Assembly (NCBI GenBank): GCA_038204425.1
Contig: JBBRCZ010000021.1
Coordinates: 1-28,734 of the forward strand
Reading direction: 5' to 3'
From: Spirochaetia bacterium
Lineage (GTDB): Bacteria > Spirochaetota > Spirochaetia > DSM-27196 > Salinispiraceae
DNA: 28,734 nucleotides
Numbering within the stretch: position 1 is the first letter of the stretch; the number at the start of each line of letters is the position of its first letter. Below, in pieces: positions 8,425 through 17,818 of the stretch. Below the pieces are notes generated by a model. The model did not search any database. It was not told the origin of the DNA and was given only the letters and a program-made list of their open reading frames with translations. A program made the position numbers and the translations under genes.

Positions 8425-9204
8425 ATGAAAAAGACCATACTTACCGGACTATGCGCGCTATCTTTGGTGATAGCATTTAGTTCACAGGCCCCTGCGGTCA
8501 ACTATCAGCAAATTTTGGCCAAGATTGACGAACTGACAAACTTTGACAACACCGATTTTTCGGCAACGATTACCATTGTAGACCAAAAAGTTGCCGAAGC
8601 CAAAAGTGTAACCCGAGCCAAAATGTTTCGTCGCGACCGACTCAAGAAATTTACTATCATCATTGATATTCCAGAAGTGCAACGAGGCCAGGGCTACTTG
8701 CGCGAGGGGGACAATGTTTGGTTCTATGACCCCAATACGCGCGAATTCAGCTTTTCTAGTCTCAAAGAGCGATTCTCTGATTCTGGTGCCAACAATGACG
8801 ACTTTGCTTCATCGAGTTTAGCTGAGGATTACAAAGTAGCCAAAGGCGAAGAAGGAACGTTGGGCAAGAACGCCATCTATATCCTTACATTGGAAGCAAC
8901 AAAGAAGACCGCTACCTACCCAATGTTACGCCTTTTTGTTACCAGGGACCAGTTTTTGATACTAAAGCAAGAAGAGTACAGTCTTTCTAAGCAACTGATG
9001 CGGACCAGTCTGTTTACTGACTATCAAAGAGTTTCTGGTAGGTTTGTACCACTCAAACAATTGTTTATTGACAATTTGACCGACGATAAGTCGACACCAC
9101 AGATAGAAGCTGACCAAACTCAAATGACTTTGGCAGGCGTAAGTCTCGGCAAGATCCCAGATGAGGTCTTTACCAAGATTTACCTAGAGAGGGTAAGTAA
9201 TTAG
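8425..9204 (+). CDS. LolA-like outer-membrane lipoprotein-sorting family periplasmic protein
   Basis: Signal peptide; PEVQRGQGYLREGDNVWFYDP, FSDSGANNDD and C-terminal IPDEVFTKIYLE match this family; operon context agrees. Confidence 0.85.
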   Translation: MKKTILTGLCALSLVIAFSSQAPAVNYQQILAKIDELTNFDNTDFSATITIVDQKVAEAKSVTRAKMFRRDRLKKFTIIIDIPEVQRGQGYLREGDNVWFYDPNTREFSFSSLKERFSDSGANNDDFASSSLAEDYKVAKGEEGTLGKNAIYILTLEATKKTATYPMLRLFVTRDQFLILKQEEYSLSKQLMRTSLFTDYQRVSGRFVPLKQLFIDNLTDDKSTPQIEADQTQMTLAGVSLGKIPDEVFTKIYLERVSN

Positions 9205-9205
9205 A

Positions 9206-10678
9206 ATGACAAAAAATATACTTTTTGTCCTATTGATCTTGCTGTCTTTTGCTACGCTCGGGGCGCAAGATGAGACTGCTGGGGCGCAAGATGAGACTGC
9301 TGGCTCACAAGACTTTGACGCTGACTTTTTTGCTGACACCGAGGTAATCAATGAAGATGCGGTGGCAACAGATACCTTTGACGAACTATTTCTTGCTACC
9401 CAGCCGGTCAAGATTGGCGGAAACTTTACCTTTGAACTATCGACCGGCGTCAAATACTTTAAGGACTATGATCAGTGGAATTCGGACTACCTCTTTACTG
9501 AGGCAACCGAAAATAGCTTTCTTACCTTAGATGGAAGTCTATACTTTTCCGCTCGACCAAGCGCCGACAACCGCTATTTTGGCAAGTTTAAAATAGCCTA
9601 TCCTTTTTTCAAAAGTGCGAGCTCACTGGATGACGTTTATGCGGCTACTGATAGCAATCCACAGACCATCCCTGGCACTGGAATCCCCATACCCAACTTA
9701 AAAATCTGGGAGTTGTTCACTGACTTTGATATCGACAAAACTGTCTACTTTAGAGTTGGTAAGCAATTGGTAGGTTGGGGCGTAGGCTACTTCTTCCAAC
9801 CGTCAGATGTGGTTTCGTTGACGGCGGTTGACCCCAATGACCCAACGGCCGAGCGTGAAGGGCCACTTGCCGTCAAAGCAAGTCTACCATTTGACAGCAA
9901 CGTACTGGAGCTCTACCTTTTAGTACCGGCAATTGGAGAGTTGACGACCATCAAGGACACTGGTTTGGCTGCTCGTCTGAGTTTTGTGCTCGGCGACTTT
10001 GAGTTTGGACTTGGAACTACGTATCAACAAACCAGTGATATTAAATTTGTCACCACCATCAAGGGCAGTCTGTGGCGTTTTGAGGTTTTTGCTGAGGCCT
10101 TGGTTAATCGCACCAGTCTCGGTTCCGTTTTGCTTCCATATGCTCAAGCCGACTACTTTGACCCTGATGGCCCTGGTCCTTCTGGTCAGATTACCCATGA
10201 GGTGGTAAGCGACCGCAGCGATTGGTTTTTCTCAGGCAGTCTTGGCCTGCGCTTTTCTGACACCAACAGTGCCTTTATGGGCATTGCACAGTACTATTTT
10301 AATGGCGAGGGGTATGCAGATGCCAGAACGGTTGCCGATGATATTCCGTTCTATCTGGCAACGGGTAACTTGTCCATTGGCGATATTGCCAAAAATACCG
10401 GACAACACTATCTTGCGGCCTTACTGTCTTGGGGTTTTGTTAAGGATTCCGACGTGACTCTCAGTGCTTTTTGGATTGGCAACTTGTCTGATGGATCGGG
10501 TTATATCAAACCTAATCTCAAGATTAAATTTACTGACGAAATTAGTGTGGATCTTGGCACCACCTTTAACTATGGTGAAGACAAGAGTCAGTTTAGAGGC
10601 ATCAGTGCCATACCAGGTTTTGCAATAGCTGTAGCAGGGCTCGACATAAGTGTCAGTCTCGGCACAGGTTCCTTTTAA
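9206..10678 (+). CDS. Putative outer-membrane beta-barrel protein
   Basis: Signal peptide, acidic N-terminus, RVGKQLVGWGVGYFFQPSD motif, alternating hydrophobic strands, terminal Phe. Confidence 0.7.
   Translation: MTKNILFVLLILLSFATLGAQDETAGAQDETAGSQDFDADFFADTEVINEDAVATDTFDELFLATQPVKIGGNFTFELSTGVKYFKDYDQWNSDYLFTEATENSFLTLDGSLYFSARPSADNRYFGKFKIAYPFFKSASSLDDVYAATDSNPQTIPGTGIPIPNLKIWELFTDFDIDKTVYFRVGKQLVGWGVGYFFQPSDVVSLTAVDPNDPTAEREGPLAVKASLPFDSNVLELYLLVPAIGELTTIKDTGLAARLSFVLGDFEFGLGTTYQQTSDIKFVTTIKGSLWRFEVFAEALVNRTSLGSVLLPYAQADYFDPDGPGPSGQITHEVVSDRSDWFFSGSLGLRFSDTNSAFMGIAQYYFNGEGYADARTVADDIPFYLATGNLSIGDIAKNTGQHYLAALLSWGFVKDSDVTLSAFWIGNLSDGSGYIKPNLKIKFTDEISVDLGTTFNYGEDKSQFRGISAIPGFAIAVAGLDISVSLGTGSF
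9260..9301 (+). repeat. Perfect 21-bp tandem duplication (GAQDETA x2)
   Basis: GGGGCGCAAGATGAGACTGCT at 9260-9280 and 9281-9301, in frame at the end of the signal peptide. Confidence 0.95.
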
Positions 10679-10703
10679 GTAGCACGGCTCTTGGGCAGCA
10701 AGT

Positions 10704-11822
10704 CTATTCTCCTAGCAGGATGCCTTGGCTAAGATCAGCTTGCACAACAAGCTTGGTCGAGGCCATTTTGGCATCACTTTGAGCGTAGAGGATGCGATGA
10801 GCAGGGTGGGCGTCGTCCACACACACTACAGCAAGTGAGTGGGGCAGGGCAAAGCGCTGCTCGAGCAGACGGCAGGCGTGCCCACCTGCGGCAGCAACTT
10901 GGTCACTCACGGCTAGACTTTCGGCACGCAAACCCAAGTACTTTGGTAGACCCTGGCTTGTCCAGCTGGCTTTGGGCAGTACTGTTTGCCCCAAGTGAGT
11001 TTCTATCTGCCAGCCCTCAGGGCATTGTTCACACTTGCGCAGCGGTATCAGATTAATCATGCCAAAATATTCTGCCACAGGAACCAAGCGTGGCTGGCGG
11101 TAGAGATCCTCTGGAATGCCATCACTAACCTTGCCACCTTGATGAATAACTATAATTCTGTCGGCCAGCGCCAAGGCTTCTTCTTCATCATGGCTCACCA
11201 CCAAGCTCGAGGTGCATGATTGTTTTAGGATGCGGCGCAGTTCCGGTAGTAGTTCGCGCTTGCGAGAGCGGTCCAAACTTGAAAAAGGCTCATCCATTAA
11301 CAAAACTCGTGGTTTGGCTGCCAGAGCGCGGGCAATGCCAATGCGTTGCTGTTGGCCTCCTGAGAGCTCATGTGGATAGCGCTTGCCGAGATCTGGTAGC
11401 GAAAAAAGCTCGAGCAACGACTTGGCGTAGCCTTTGCGGTTTTTTTCTTGCTTGGACATACCAAAAAGAATGTTGTCTTCTACGGTTAAATGAGGAAATA
11501 GTGCCGTGTCTTGAAAAACCATACCGACATGGCGCAAGGCAGGGTCCACAGAAATTGACTCATCAAAGACAGTCCTGCCTTGGATGCGGACCTGCCCTGA
11601 GTCTGCTTCTTGCAGTCCGGCAATAATTTGCAAAGCTGTGCTTTTTCCACTCCCTGACTCACCAACCAAGGCCACAATTTCGCAGGATTTTACTTCAAAA
11701 CTTAAGCTGTCGAGTGCTTTTTTGGTGCCATAGTTCTTGCTTAGACCAAGAACTTCTAGGGCTGGCGACTTTTCTTGACTGGCAAGCAGCGAGCCAATGC
11801 TAATGGGGTTGGTACTATTCAT
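10704..11822 (-). CDS. Fe3+/polyamine-type ABC transporter ATP-binding protein (FbpC/AfuC-like)
   Basis: GESGSGKST, MVFQDTALFPHLTV, YPHELSGGQQQR, LLMDEPFSSLD, C-terminal TOBE-like extension. Confidence 0.92.
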   Translation of the reverse strand: MNSTNPISIGSLLASQEKSPALEVLGLSKNYGTKKALDSLSFEVKSCEIVALVGESGSGKSTALQIIAGLQEADSGQVRIQGRTVFDESISVDPALRHVGMVFQDTALFPHLTVEDNILFGMSKQEKNRKGYAKSLLELFSLPDLGKRYPHELSGGQQQRIGIARALAAKPRVLLMDEPFSSLDRSRKRELLPELRRILKQSCTSSLVVSHDEEEALALADRIIVIHQGGKVSDGIPEDLYRQPRLVPVAEYFGMINLIPLRKCEQCPEGWQIETHLGQTVLPKASWTSQGLPKYLGLRAESLAVSDQVAAAGGHACRLLEQRFALPHSLAVVCVDDAHPAHRILYAQSDAKMASTKLVVQADLSQGILLGE

Positions 11823-13494
11823 TTGTTGGCTCCTTATGCCCTTTGCGCCAGGTGCGCAGGCGTGATAATCGCGTTAAAAGAATAATGACCACGCTCACGC
11901 CAATCAAAGCAAAGCCGGGCAGGGCGTTTAAGTGTGGCAGCTCTTGGCTTGACTGCTCGTAGAGTAGAGTTGCTAATGTCTCAAAGCCTAGGGGTCGCAG
12001 CAAGAGTGTTGCCGAAAGTTCTTTGCTGATGTCGAGCATCAGCATAAGGCTGGCAGCTATGGCAGCAGGGCGCAATAATGGCAGGTCAATTGACCACACT
12101 ATTCTAAACCTTGACGCGCCAAGTAGCAGTGCCGGTGCCTCATGCGCCACAACGCGGTGTTTAAAGTTGGCGTGCAGGCTGTTGTGACCAACGGCGTAGT
12201 AGCGCACCAAGAGTGCGTAGATAAGGAGGCCAAAGCCGCTGGTAAAAGCACTAACGGACAGGCCGGACAGACCAGCCAAACTGAGAACCGCCAAAGCTCC
12301 AATTACACCCGGTATGCCATAGGCAGCATCGGCAAGAAAACTGCTAATTGCGGTGCCGATTCCGTGCAGGTGTTGTTTAGCGCGCTCAAGACGTGGCAAA
12401 AGTACTCCAGCGAGAGCCAGAACAAGGGCGATCAAGCCAGTTCCTGCGCTCAAAATCAAGGTGTTGAGGGCACCATTGAGAGTCAGCAAGGGACTGAGCT
12501 GGTCAAAACGTAGACCCCACCATGCCAGCTGTATCAAGGGTAATCCAAGGCCAAAAAATATGGGAGCAAAGGTCACTAAGGTCACTAGTAAAGCCTTGCC
12601 GCCAGTCAGTTTGCGCGCTTCTATGATAGGTGGGCGATTTCCTTTGGCTTGACCAAAGCGCTGTTTGCGTCGCAGGAAGCGCTCAAGTATGGTGACCAAA
12701 ACGGCAAAGCTTGCCAGACCAAGGCCAAGCTGAATTGCTGCGCTAAGATCAAAGGCGTGGTTCCAAGCACGCAGTAGACCTGCTGTGACTGTGGGAACCC
12801 CCAAAAAAGCTGCAGCCCCATATTCGTTTAGGCTTTCCATTAGGACCAGCGCTGCACCAGAGGCAATAAAGGGACGTAGCAGGGCAAGCCCGGGACTAAG
12901 CAGTAAACCCAAGCCGCGTTTGCCTAAGGTTCTTGATGCCGCCAGCGGTCCGGCAAGATTTCCTGACAGCGCGGGCACCAGGCTGAGATAGATGTAAGGA
13001 TAGAGTTGACAACCGAGTACCAAGCCAAGTACCAAGGGGCCTGACAAGGCCAACCTAAAGTTGTCGTCGATGCCCAATGCGGCAATCAAGCGACTTAAGG
13101 GTCCATTGATATCCAAAAAGCCATTGAGCGTATACGAAGCCAAATAAGGTGGTACTGCAAGCGGCATGACAGCCAAGAAAGCCGCCAAGCCATGGCCCGG
13201 AAAGCTGTAGTGCTGCAAGAGCCAGGCCATGCTTGTTCCCAAGATGATGGCTACCAGCATGGCTACAAAACCCGACAAGAGAGTGTTAAACCACCAGTTG
13301 GCCAACACAAGTTCGCGACCAGCGAGGTAGGAAGAGCTTGCATGGCCGCTTTGTGGGTCAAAGACACCAAAGGCTGCCAAAATGAGCGCTAAAAAGGGTA
13401 AGGCCAGAATTACAACTGGCCCTACCTTGCCAAGCATTGCGAGCATTTTGGCACTCAAGTGGCCAATTGGTTTATGTAAGGTTTCTGTTGCCAT
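11815..13494 (-). CDS. Iron(III) ABC transporter permease (FbpB-like, two fused TM domains)
   Basis: 559 aa, about 12 TM helices; MPLAVPPY, LYPYIY, MESLNEYG and KELSATLLLRPLGFETLA motifs. Confidence 0.88.
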   Translation of the reverse strand: MATETLHKPIGHLSAKMLAMLGKVGPVVILALPFLALILAAFGVFDPQSGHASSSYLAGRELVLANWWFNTLLSGFVAMLVAIILGTSMAWLLQHYSFPGHGLAAFLAVMPLAVPPYLASYTLNGFLDINGPLSRLIAALGIDDNFRLALSGPLVLGLVLGCQLYPYIYLSLVPALSGNLAGPLAASRTLGKRGLGLLLSPGLALLRPFIASGAALVLMESLNEYGAAAFLGVPTVTAGLLRAWNHAFDLSAAIQLGLGLASFAVLVTILERFLRRKQRFGQAKGNRPPIIEARKLTGGKALLVTLVTFAPIFFGLGLPLIQLAWWGLRFDQLSPLLTLNGALNTLILSAGTGLIALVLALAGVLLPRLERAKQHLHGIGTAISSFLADAAYGIPGVIGALAVLSLAGLSGLSVSAFTSGFGLLIYALLVRYYAVGHNSLHANFKHRVVAHEAPALLLGASRFRIVWSIDLPLLRPAAIAASLMLMLDISKELSATLLLRPLGFETLATLLYEQSSQELPHLNALPGFALIGVSVVIILLTRLSRLRTWRKGHKEPTNE

Positions 13495-13603
13495 AGTCCA
13501 CTTTACTATTCAAGTTAATGCGTATTAAGAAGACTATAGTACCTGAGCGATTAAATCAAGTAAAGTCTAGGCCGAGTTCTAAAATTTGCTGCAGTGCTCA
13601 AAG

Positions 13604-15346
13604 CTACTTGATCACGACGCTTACCAAAACTCCATTGGGTACTTCTATGGTCCAGGTCTTGTTGCCAGCAACGGCAGTAGCGCCTTCAAAGTAGGTGTTG
13701 GACTGAGCAAAGAGCACACCAGAACTAGGCACAATTCCAATCTGGTAAACCCAAGGGCCATCGGCATAGGGGGCGCCACCACCAAAGTTGACGGCATAAT
13801 TGTAGAGGTTGATACTGCCAAGGCTGTAATCGGTCGAGTTAAAGTTGAAGTCACTTTGGCCGTTGTGAAAATTGTAACGGACGGGCAGGGGGGCATCTGC
13901 TTGGTCTGAGAGTAGGACGGCGACGCCCCATTGGCGCAGTAAGTCAGCAAAACTGTTACTGCCGCCGCTTTGGCTATTTGCTGCCTCAACAACTGCGCGG
14001 TAGTCTCCATAACTGCTGTTGTAGATAGCCTTAAGTACCGCCGGCCCATTGTAGTTGCGGATTAGCCAAGCACCAAAGGCATAGGCAATAGAGTAACTGC
14101 GGAGCACGTCGCTACCAGATTGCCAGATTGTTAGCGCATCATCGTTGTAGTAGTTAAATAGACCAAGCCGACCCTCCTGATTGTCTGCTAATCCGCTTGT
14201 GTAGTCAGTGCCGAGTATACCGCGAGGATTAGCCACCAAGCTAAGTTTGTCGGCTACTAAGTCCTCTATGGCCATTGACAACATTTCGTTGAGCCAAACT
14301 TCGCTAGCCACTGGATCGTTGAGGTTTTGGTAGAACTCAATCATGTGTTGAAATTCATGAGCCAGCGTGCTAACGACTTGGTCTGGCCAGCTATTGTCAG
14401 GATCGGCGAGCATAAGTGCATCTATAGAAAAACAGATCATCTCATTTGAACTTGGTATGGCTACTATTTTGAAATTGTCCTTAGCCCAAAAGTAACCTAC
14501 GGTTCCACCAGCGCTTTGATAGTCGAGATTGTCATTGTCGATGTCAAACAGGACAATGTCTATAATGTTGCTTGGCTCAATAAGAGTGCGAACATATTCA
14601 TGCGTGCCCCATTCTGCTCCAAGTATAGTGCTGACCCAATCATAGATGTCATTGCCTAAGCCCGCGAGTAAGAACCTGTCAGCCAAACCGTCCACCATGC
14701 TTTGCGTCACCAAGTTGCCCTTATTGCCACCAGTGGTCCAGCAATCGTTGGCCACCCAAATCTGTAAGGTGCGCATACCTTGGGCAATAGTAATCTCAAC
14801 TGATTGGTAACGAAGTGTGAGAGGGACGTTAGTATTGTCGGTGTCCCAAAAAGTTTTGCTTTCACCAACGACGTTAGACAAGCGTGGCGGTAAGCTTAGC
14901 AAGCTGCGAGACCCGGCAGGGGCCACCGTCTGTTTGCGCGCTAGGTCTGCCAGTGTTTTGTTTGACTTTGCTATGTCTAAGTTGGTCTGATTGGTGCTTA
15001 GCGTTGCGGCGCGCCTGCTTGCAGCAGCTAGGCTAGTTGCTGAGGCAGATCTAAGGCTTGGCAAAGCAAGCAGTGAGTTTGATGGATTGGTCACTACAAA
15101 GTAGACATCCGAGCCACTTGGCAGGTTGGTGAGTGTATAAGTGATTCGTCCCGCAGGAGGAAGGTAGCTGTAGCTTAGCCCGGCAGCAGATGCGCTAAGA
15201 ATAATATGGACGCTGGTGCTCGTAGTTGTAACCTTAGCGAGATCGCAAGATGTCAATGCCAATGATAAAACACCAAAGCCAAACAGCAATGCCCATCCTC
15301 TTGGTGGCGGCAAAGATCTACGCAAGCAGGAGAGTTTTGCAAGCAT
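13604..15346 (-). CDS. Zinc metallopeptidase lipoprotein, peptidase M30 (hyicolysin)-like
   Basis: Lipobox LTSC; GYFWAKD; STLAHEFQHMI (HExxH) plus downstream WLNEMLS. ATG 15346 (AAAGGA upstream) preferred over TTG 15379. Confidence 0.85.
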   Translation of the reverse strand: MLAKLSCLRRSLPPPRGWALLFGFGVLSLALTSCDLAKVTTTSTSVHIILSASAAGLSYSYLPPAGRITYTLTNLPSGSDVYFVVTNPSNSLLALPSLRSASATSLAAASRRAATLSTNQTNLDIAKSNKTLADLARKQTVAPAGSRSLLSLPPRLSNVVGESKTFWDTDNTNVPLTLRYQSVEITIAQGMRTLQIWVANDCWTTGGNKGNLVTQSMVDGLADRFLLAGLGNDIYDWVSTILGAEWGTHEYVRTLIEPSNIIDIVLFDIDNDNLDYQSAGGTVGYFWAKDNFKIVAIPSSNEMICFSIDALMLADPDNSWPDQVVSTLAHEFQHMIEFYQNLNDPVASEVWLNEMLSMAIEDLVADKLSLVANPRGILGTDYTSGLADNQEGRLGLFNYYNDDALTIWQSGSDVLRSYSIAYAFGAWLIRNYNGPAVLKAIYNSSYGDYRAVVEAANSQSGGSNSFADLLRQWGVAVLLSDQADAPLPVRYNFHNGQSDFNFNSTDYSLGSINLYNYAVNFGGGAPYADGPWVYQIGIVPSSGVLFAQSNTYFEGATAVAGNKTWTIEVPNGVLVSVVIK

Positions 15347-15422
15347 AAAATTTCCTTTCTTACCAAGAGCTTCTTGCAAAACGTTCTTTCACAAAAAGCT
15401 CGCGTTAAATTTAAAGCTAAAG

Positions 15423-17771
15423 CTATGCAGGCAAGAAAGTCAAATTTTTCCCCGGCTCAGTACTGAGTACTATCACTTGATTGTCAGCATTCGTCGCGCC
15501 ATTGGTGCCGGTCTGGTAGATAAAGTTTAAACCAGCTTGCTTGATTCTGCTAAGCAGTTTGGGGCTCACGCGATCGAGTTCCAATCTAAGTGGAGTCTGA
15601 GACTCAACTGCCAAGGCTTCCAGAACAAAACCATGGGTTAGGCCATTCTTTCTCCATGCGCTTACACGATAACCATTATTGGTGACCAACTTTTCAAAGC
15701 TGAGATCACTCCACATCCAAGGAACTCCAGCAAACAAGCGTATACAATCGTGCTGTGGCGCATCGACGAGCATGTGGTTAATCGACAGACAGTAACCACC
15801 TGCTGCGGTAATAAAGTAGCCAGCACGAGCCATGCGTCGGTTTTCCCACTCGTCAAAAGCATGCCATGGTTTAAGAAATATTTCGGCCTGTTCCAACATG
15901 CCACAGGCGCTATAGTCTCCCTCTTTTATGCCAAGCATACTTGCGCATACGGCAAACTGGTAGGGCATCCAAGCAAAAATAGTGATGAGTTTGTCTACTT
16001 CGTCGTAGTAACTTTGACGCATGAATTGGTCGTTGTGAGCCTCTAAAGCATAGGGAAAGAGCGCCAAGCTCACCGATGGACACCTGAGAATAGGTGCATC
16101 AACCGCGTCGGCAAAGAGATAACGCTTGTCGTCACGGGGGATGCTTACTTGGGACAAAATTTGCCTGCATTGAGCCAAAAGTGCGCTGTCGCCCCCTTGT
16201 CCGAGAACTTCAGAAGCCTTTACCAAGCATCGACTTAAGGCCAGCGCTCCTATCCAAAACTCGCTTGGATTGGGCGAGTCGATGGTCTCAGAAAAAGTAG
16301 GGATTACGCCAGTGCTTGGCATAGAGCCCTTCCAGTCAATGTACGAAAAGATCTGCTCGGCAATACCCGTCATAATCTGCCAAGACTTCTTTAGTGCCTC
16401 AATTGATCCAGAGTAAGCATAATGAAACCAAGACTCAACGGCGATAATGGCAGATGAAGTTGGAATGTCCTTTGCTTCGCCCCAACCGACAAGGTCTGCC
16501 GTAAAAGGGTAAAAAGCGCCTGGGCGTCCTTGCAAGGCTGCCATTTTTTTAGAGACCTCAAGGCAGGCATGGCGGTAGTCTAAGTGGCGGGCGGCTTGAG
16601 CCGCGTGGTTGCTCTCCAGTAGCGCGCGTGCAAAATAGGTGTCGGTATCGTGGTAATTACCAGTCCAGTAGGGGTACATGGGCTTGGAAAGTCCAGTAGG
16701 AAGAGTGCCTTCGCTACCGGTGCTTTGGGCAACATAATAGAGGCTCGCCAAGTAGACTTGCTGCTTAAATGCTTGGTCGGCGGGCAGTACGACGCTGCTT
16801 TGCTGCCAAAAATCCTTCCAAATGGCGCTTTGTTTGGCAAAGAAAGTCTGCTCGCCTTGGGCCGCACAAAGACTCGCTCGCTGTGCAAGCTCATACAAAC
16901 TCTCGTTTGCATCGACTGAAACCAGCAAAACAAAGAAGACAGACTGGTTTGCCTTGGCGCGGACACTCAAGTTTTGTAGACCTTGTTCACTGCCCCAACT
17001 TCCTGTGGCACTTGCCAAGCCGACTTTGACCTTGGTGCCATAGCGCGAGGAAAAAGCAAAGCCAATCACACCGGGCTGGTTAAGAAACTCAAGGTCATCT
17101 TTCTTAAAAGACAAGTCGCTGTTGACGGCTGTGCCCAAGGTCATCAGGCCTTTGCCCCCAAGATGCAAGCCAAATTGTTCAAAGACAATCGGGTCGAGCA
17201 CGACTTTGATCTGGCCGTCATCAGGCATAGTGAGCGAAAACCCAGCTTGATCGTGGTCCTTCAAAAACGCTGTCGCGGTTTTAAAGCGTATGCCGCAGGG
17301 CTGCGCTTCGGCATGCAATCTTCGCCAAGCTGGCAAGCTGCCTTCAAAGAGCGTAGCCTCAGAGCTCAGTATGCCTTGGTCCAAGTGCAAGATCTGTTTG
17401 ATGTCATAAACTTGAGGAATCAGCGGAATCTCTTCTATGGGGCGGTACTGGCTATCATTTTGTTGCATGCCTTTGCAGCCCATCCAGCGCTCACTTGGGG
17501 CCATGGCTTGGGTTTGGTAAAAGAACCTAAGATTGGCAACACTTACCGGGAATGCCACCGGGTGAACACCGGCCGGGATAGCGTCGGACGGACCATAAAC
17601 GGCGGCATGTTGGATGGTCATGTCGCAGCCCGAGTAGCCAAGTAGTCCGCCAAAGCGAGTATTGCCAAGATAGACAGGGTGGTAGTCCATACTGTCTACT
17701 TCTGCCTGCCATGTAAGCGTAAAGGGATCAATTTCTGATGCGGTTTTGGCTTGAGCTTGATAGTGGTTCAT
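15423..17771 (-). CDS. Putative (alpha/alpha)6-barrel glycoside hydrolase/phosphorylase, GH65/GH95-like
   Basis: 782 aa with no signal peptide; YLGNTRFG N-terminus, WKDFWQQS linker, LYY...PTGLS...YWTGNYHDTD, GAFYP, FITAAGGY and VPWMWSDLSFEKL follow the GH65/GH95 layout. Confidence 0.65.
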   Translation of the reverse strand: MNHYQAQAKTASEIDPFTLTWQAEVDSMDYHPVYLGNTRFGGLLGYSGCDMTIQHAAVYGPSDAIPAGVHPVAFPVSVANLRFFYQTQAMAPSERWMGCKGMQQNDSQYRPIEEIPLIPQVYDIKQILHLDQGILSSEATLFEGSLPAWRRLHAEAQPCGIRFKTATAFLKDHDQAGFSLTMPDDGQIKVVLDPIVFEQFGLHLGGKGLMTLGTAVNSDLSFKKDDLEFLNQPGVIGFAFSSRYGTKVKVGLASATGSWGSEQGLQNLSVRAKANQSVFFVLLVSVDANESLYELAQRASLCAAQGEQTFFAKQSAIWKDFWQQSSVVLPADQAFKQQVYLASLYYVAQSTGSEGTLPTGLSKPMYPYWTGNYHDTDTYFARALLESNHAAQAARHLDYRHACLEVSKKMAALQGRPGAFYPFTADLVGWGEAKDIPTSSAIIAVESWFHYAYSGSIEALKKSWQIMTGIAEQIFSYIDWKGSMPSTGVIPTFSETIDSPNPSEFWIGALALSRCLVKASEVLGQGGDSALLAQCRQILSQVSIPRDDKRYLFADAVDAPILRCPSVSLALFPYALEAHNDQFMRQSYYDEVDKLITIFAWMPYQFAVCASMLGIKEGDYSACGMLEQAEIFLKPWHAFDEWENRRMARAGYFITAAGGYCLSINHMLVDAPQHDCIRLFAGVPWMWSDLSFEKLVTNNGYRVSAWRKNGLTHGFVLEALAVESQTPLRLELDRVSPKLLSRIKQAGLNFIYQTGTNGATNADNQVIVLSTEPGKNLTFLPA

Positions 17772-17818
17772 GGTTCTTCCTTAGTTCTTTGCTGAAAATA
17801 GTGGTATCAAATAGTTCA

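Noticed and set aside
16983..17645. 220-aa plus-strand ORF and similar antisense ORFs across the window
   Set aside because: Fully overlap well-supported genes on the opposite strand and show no recognisable motifs.
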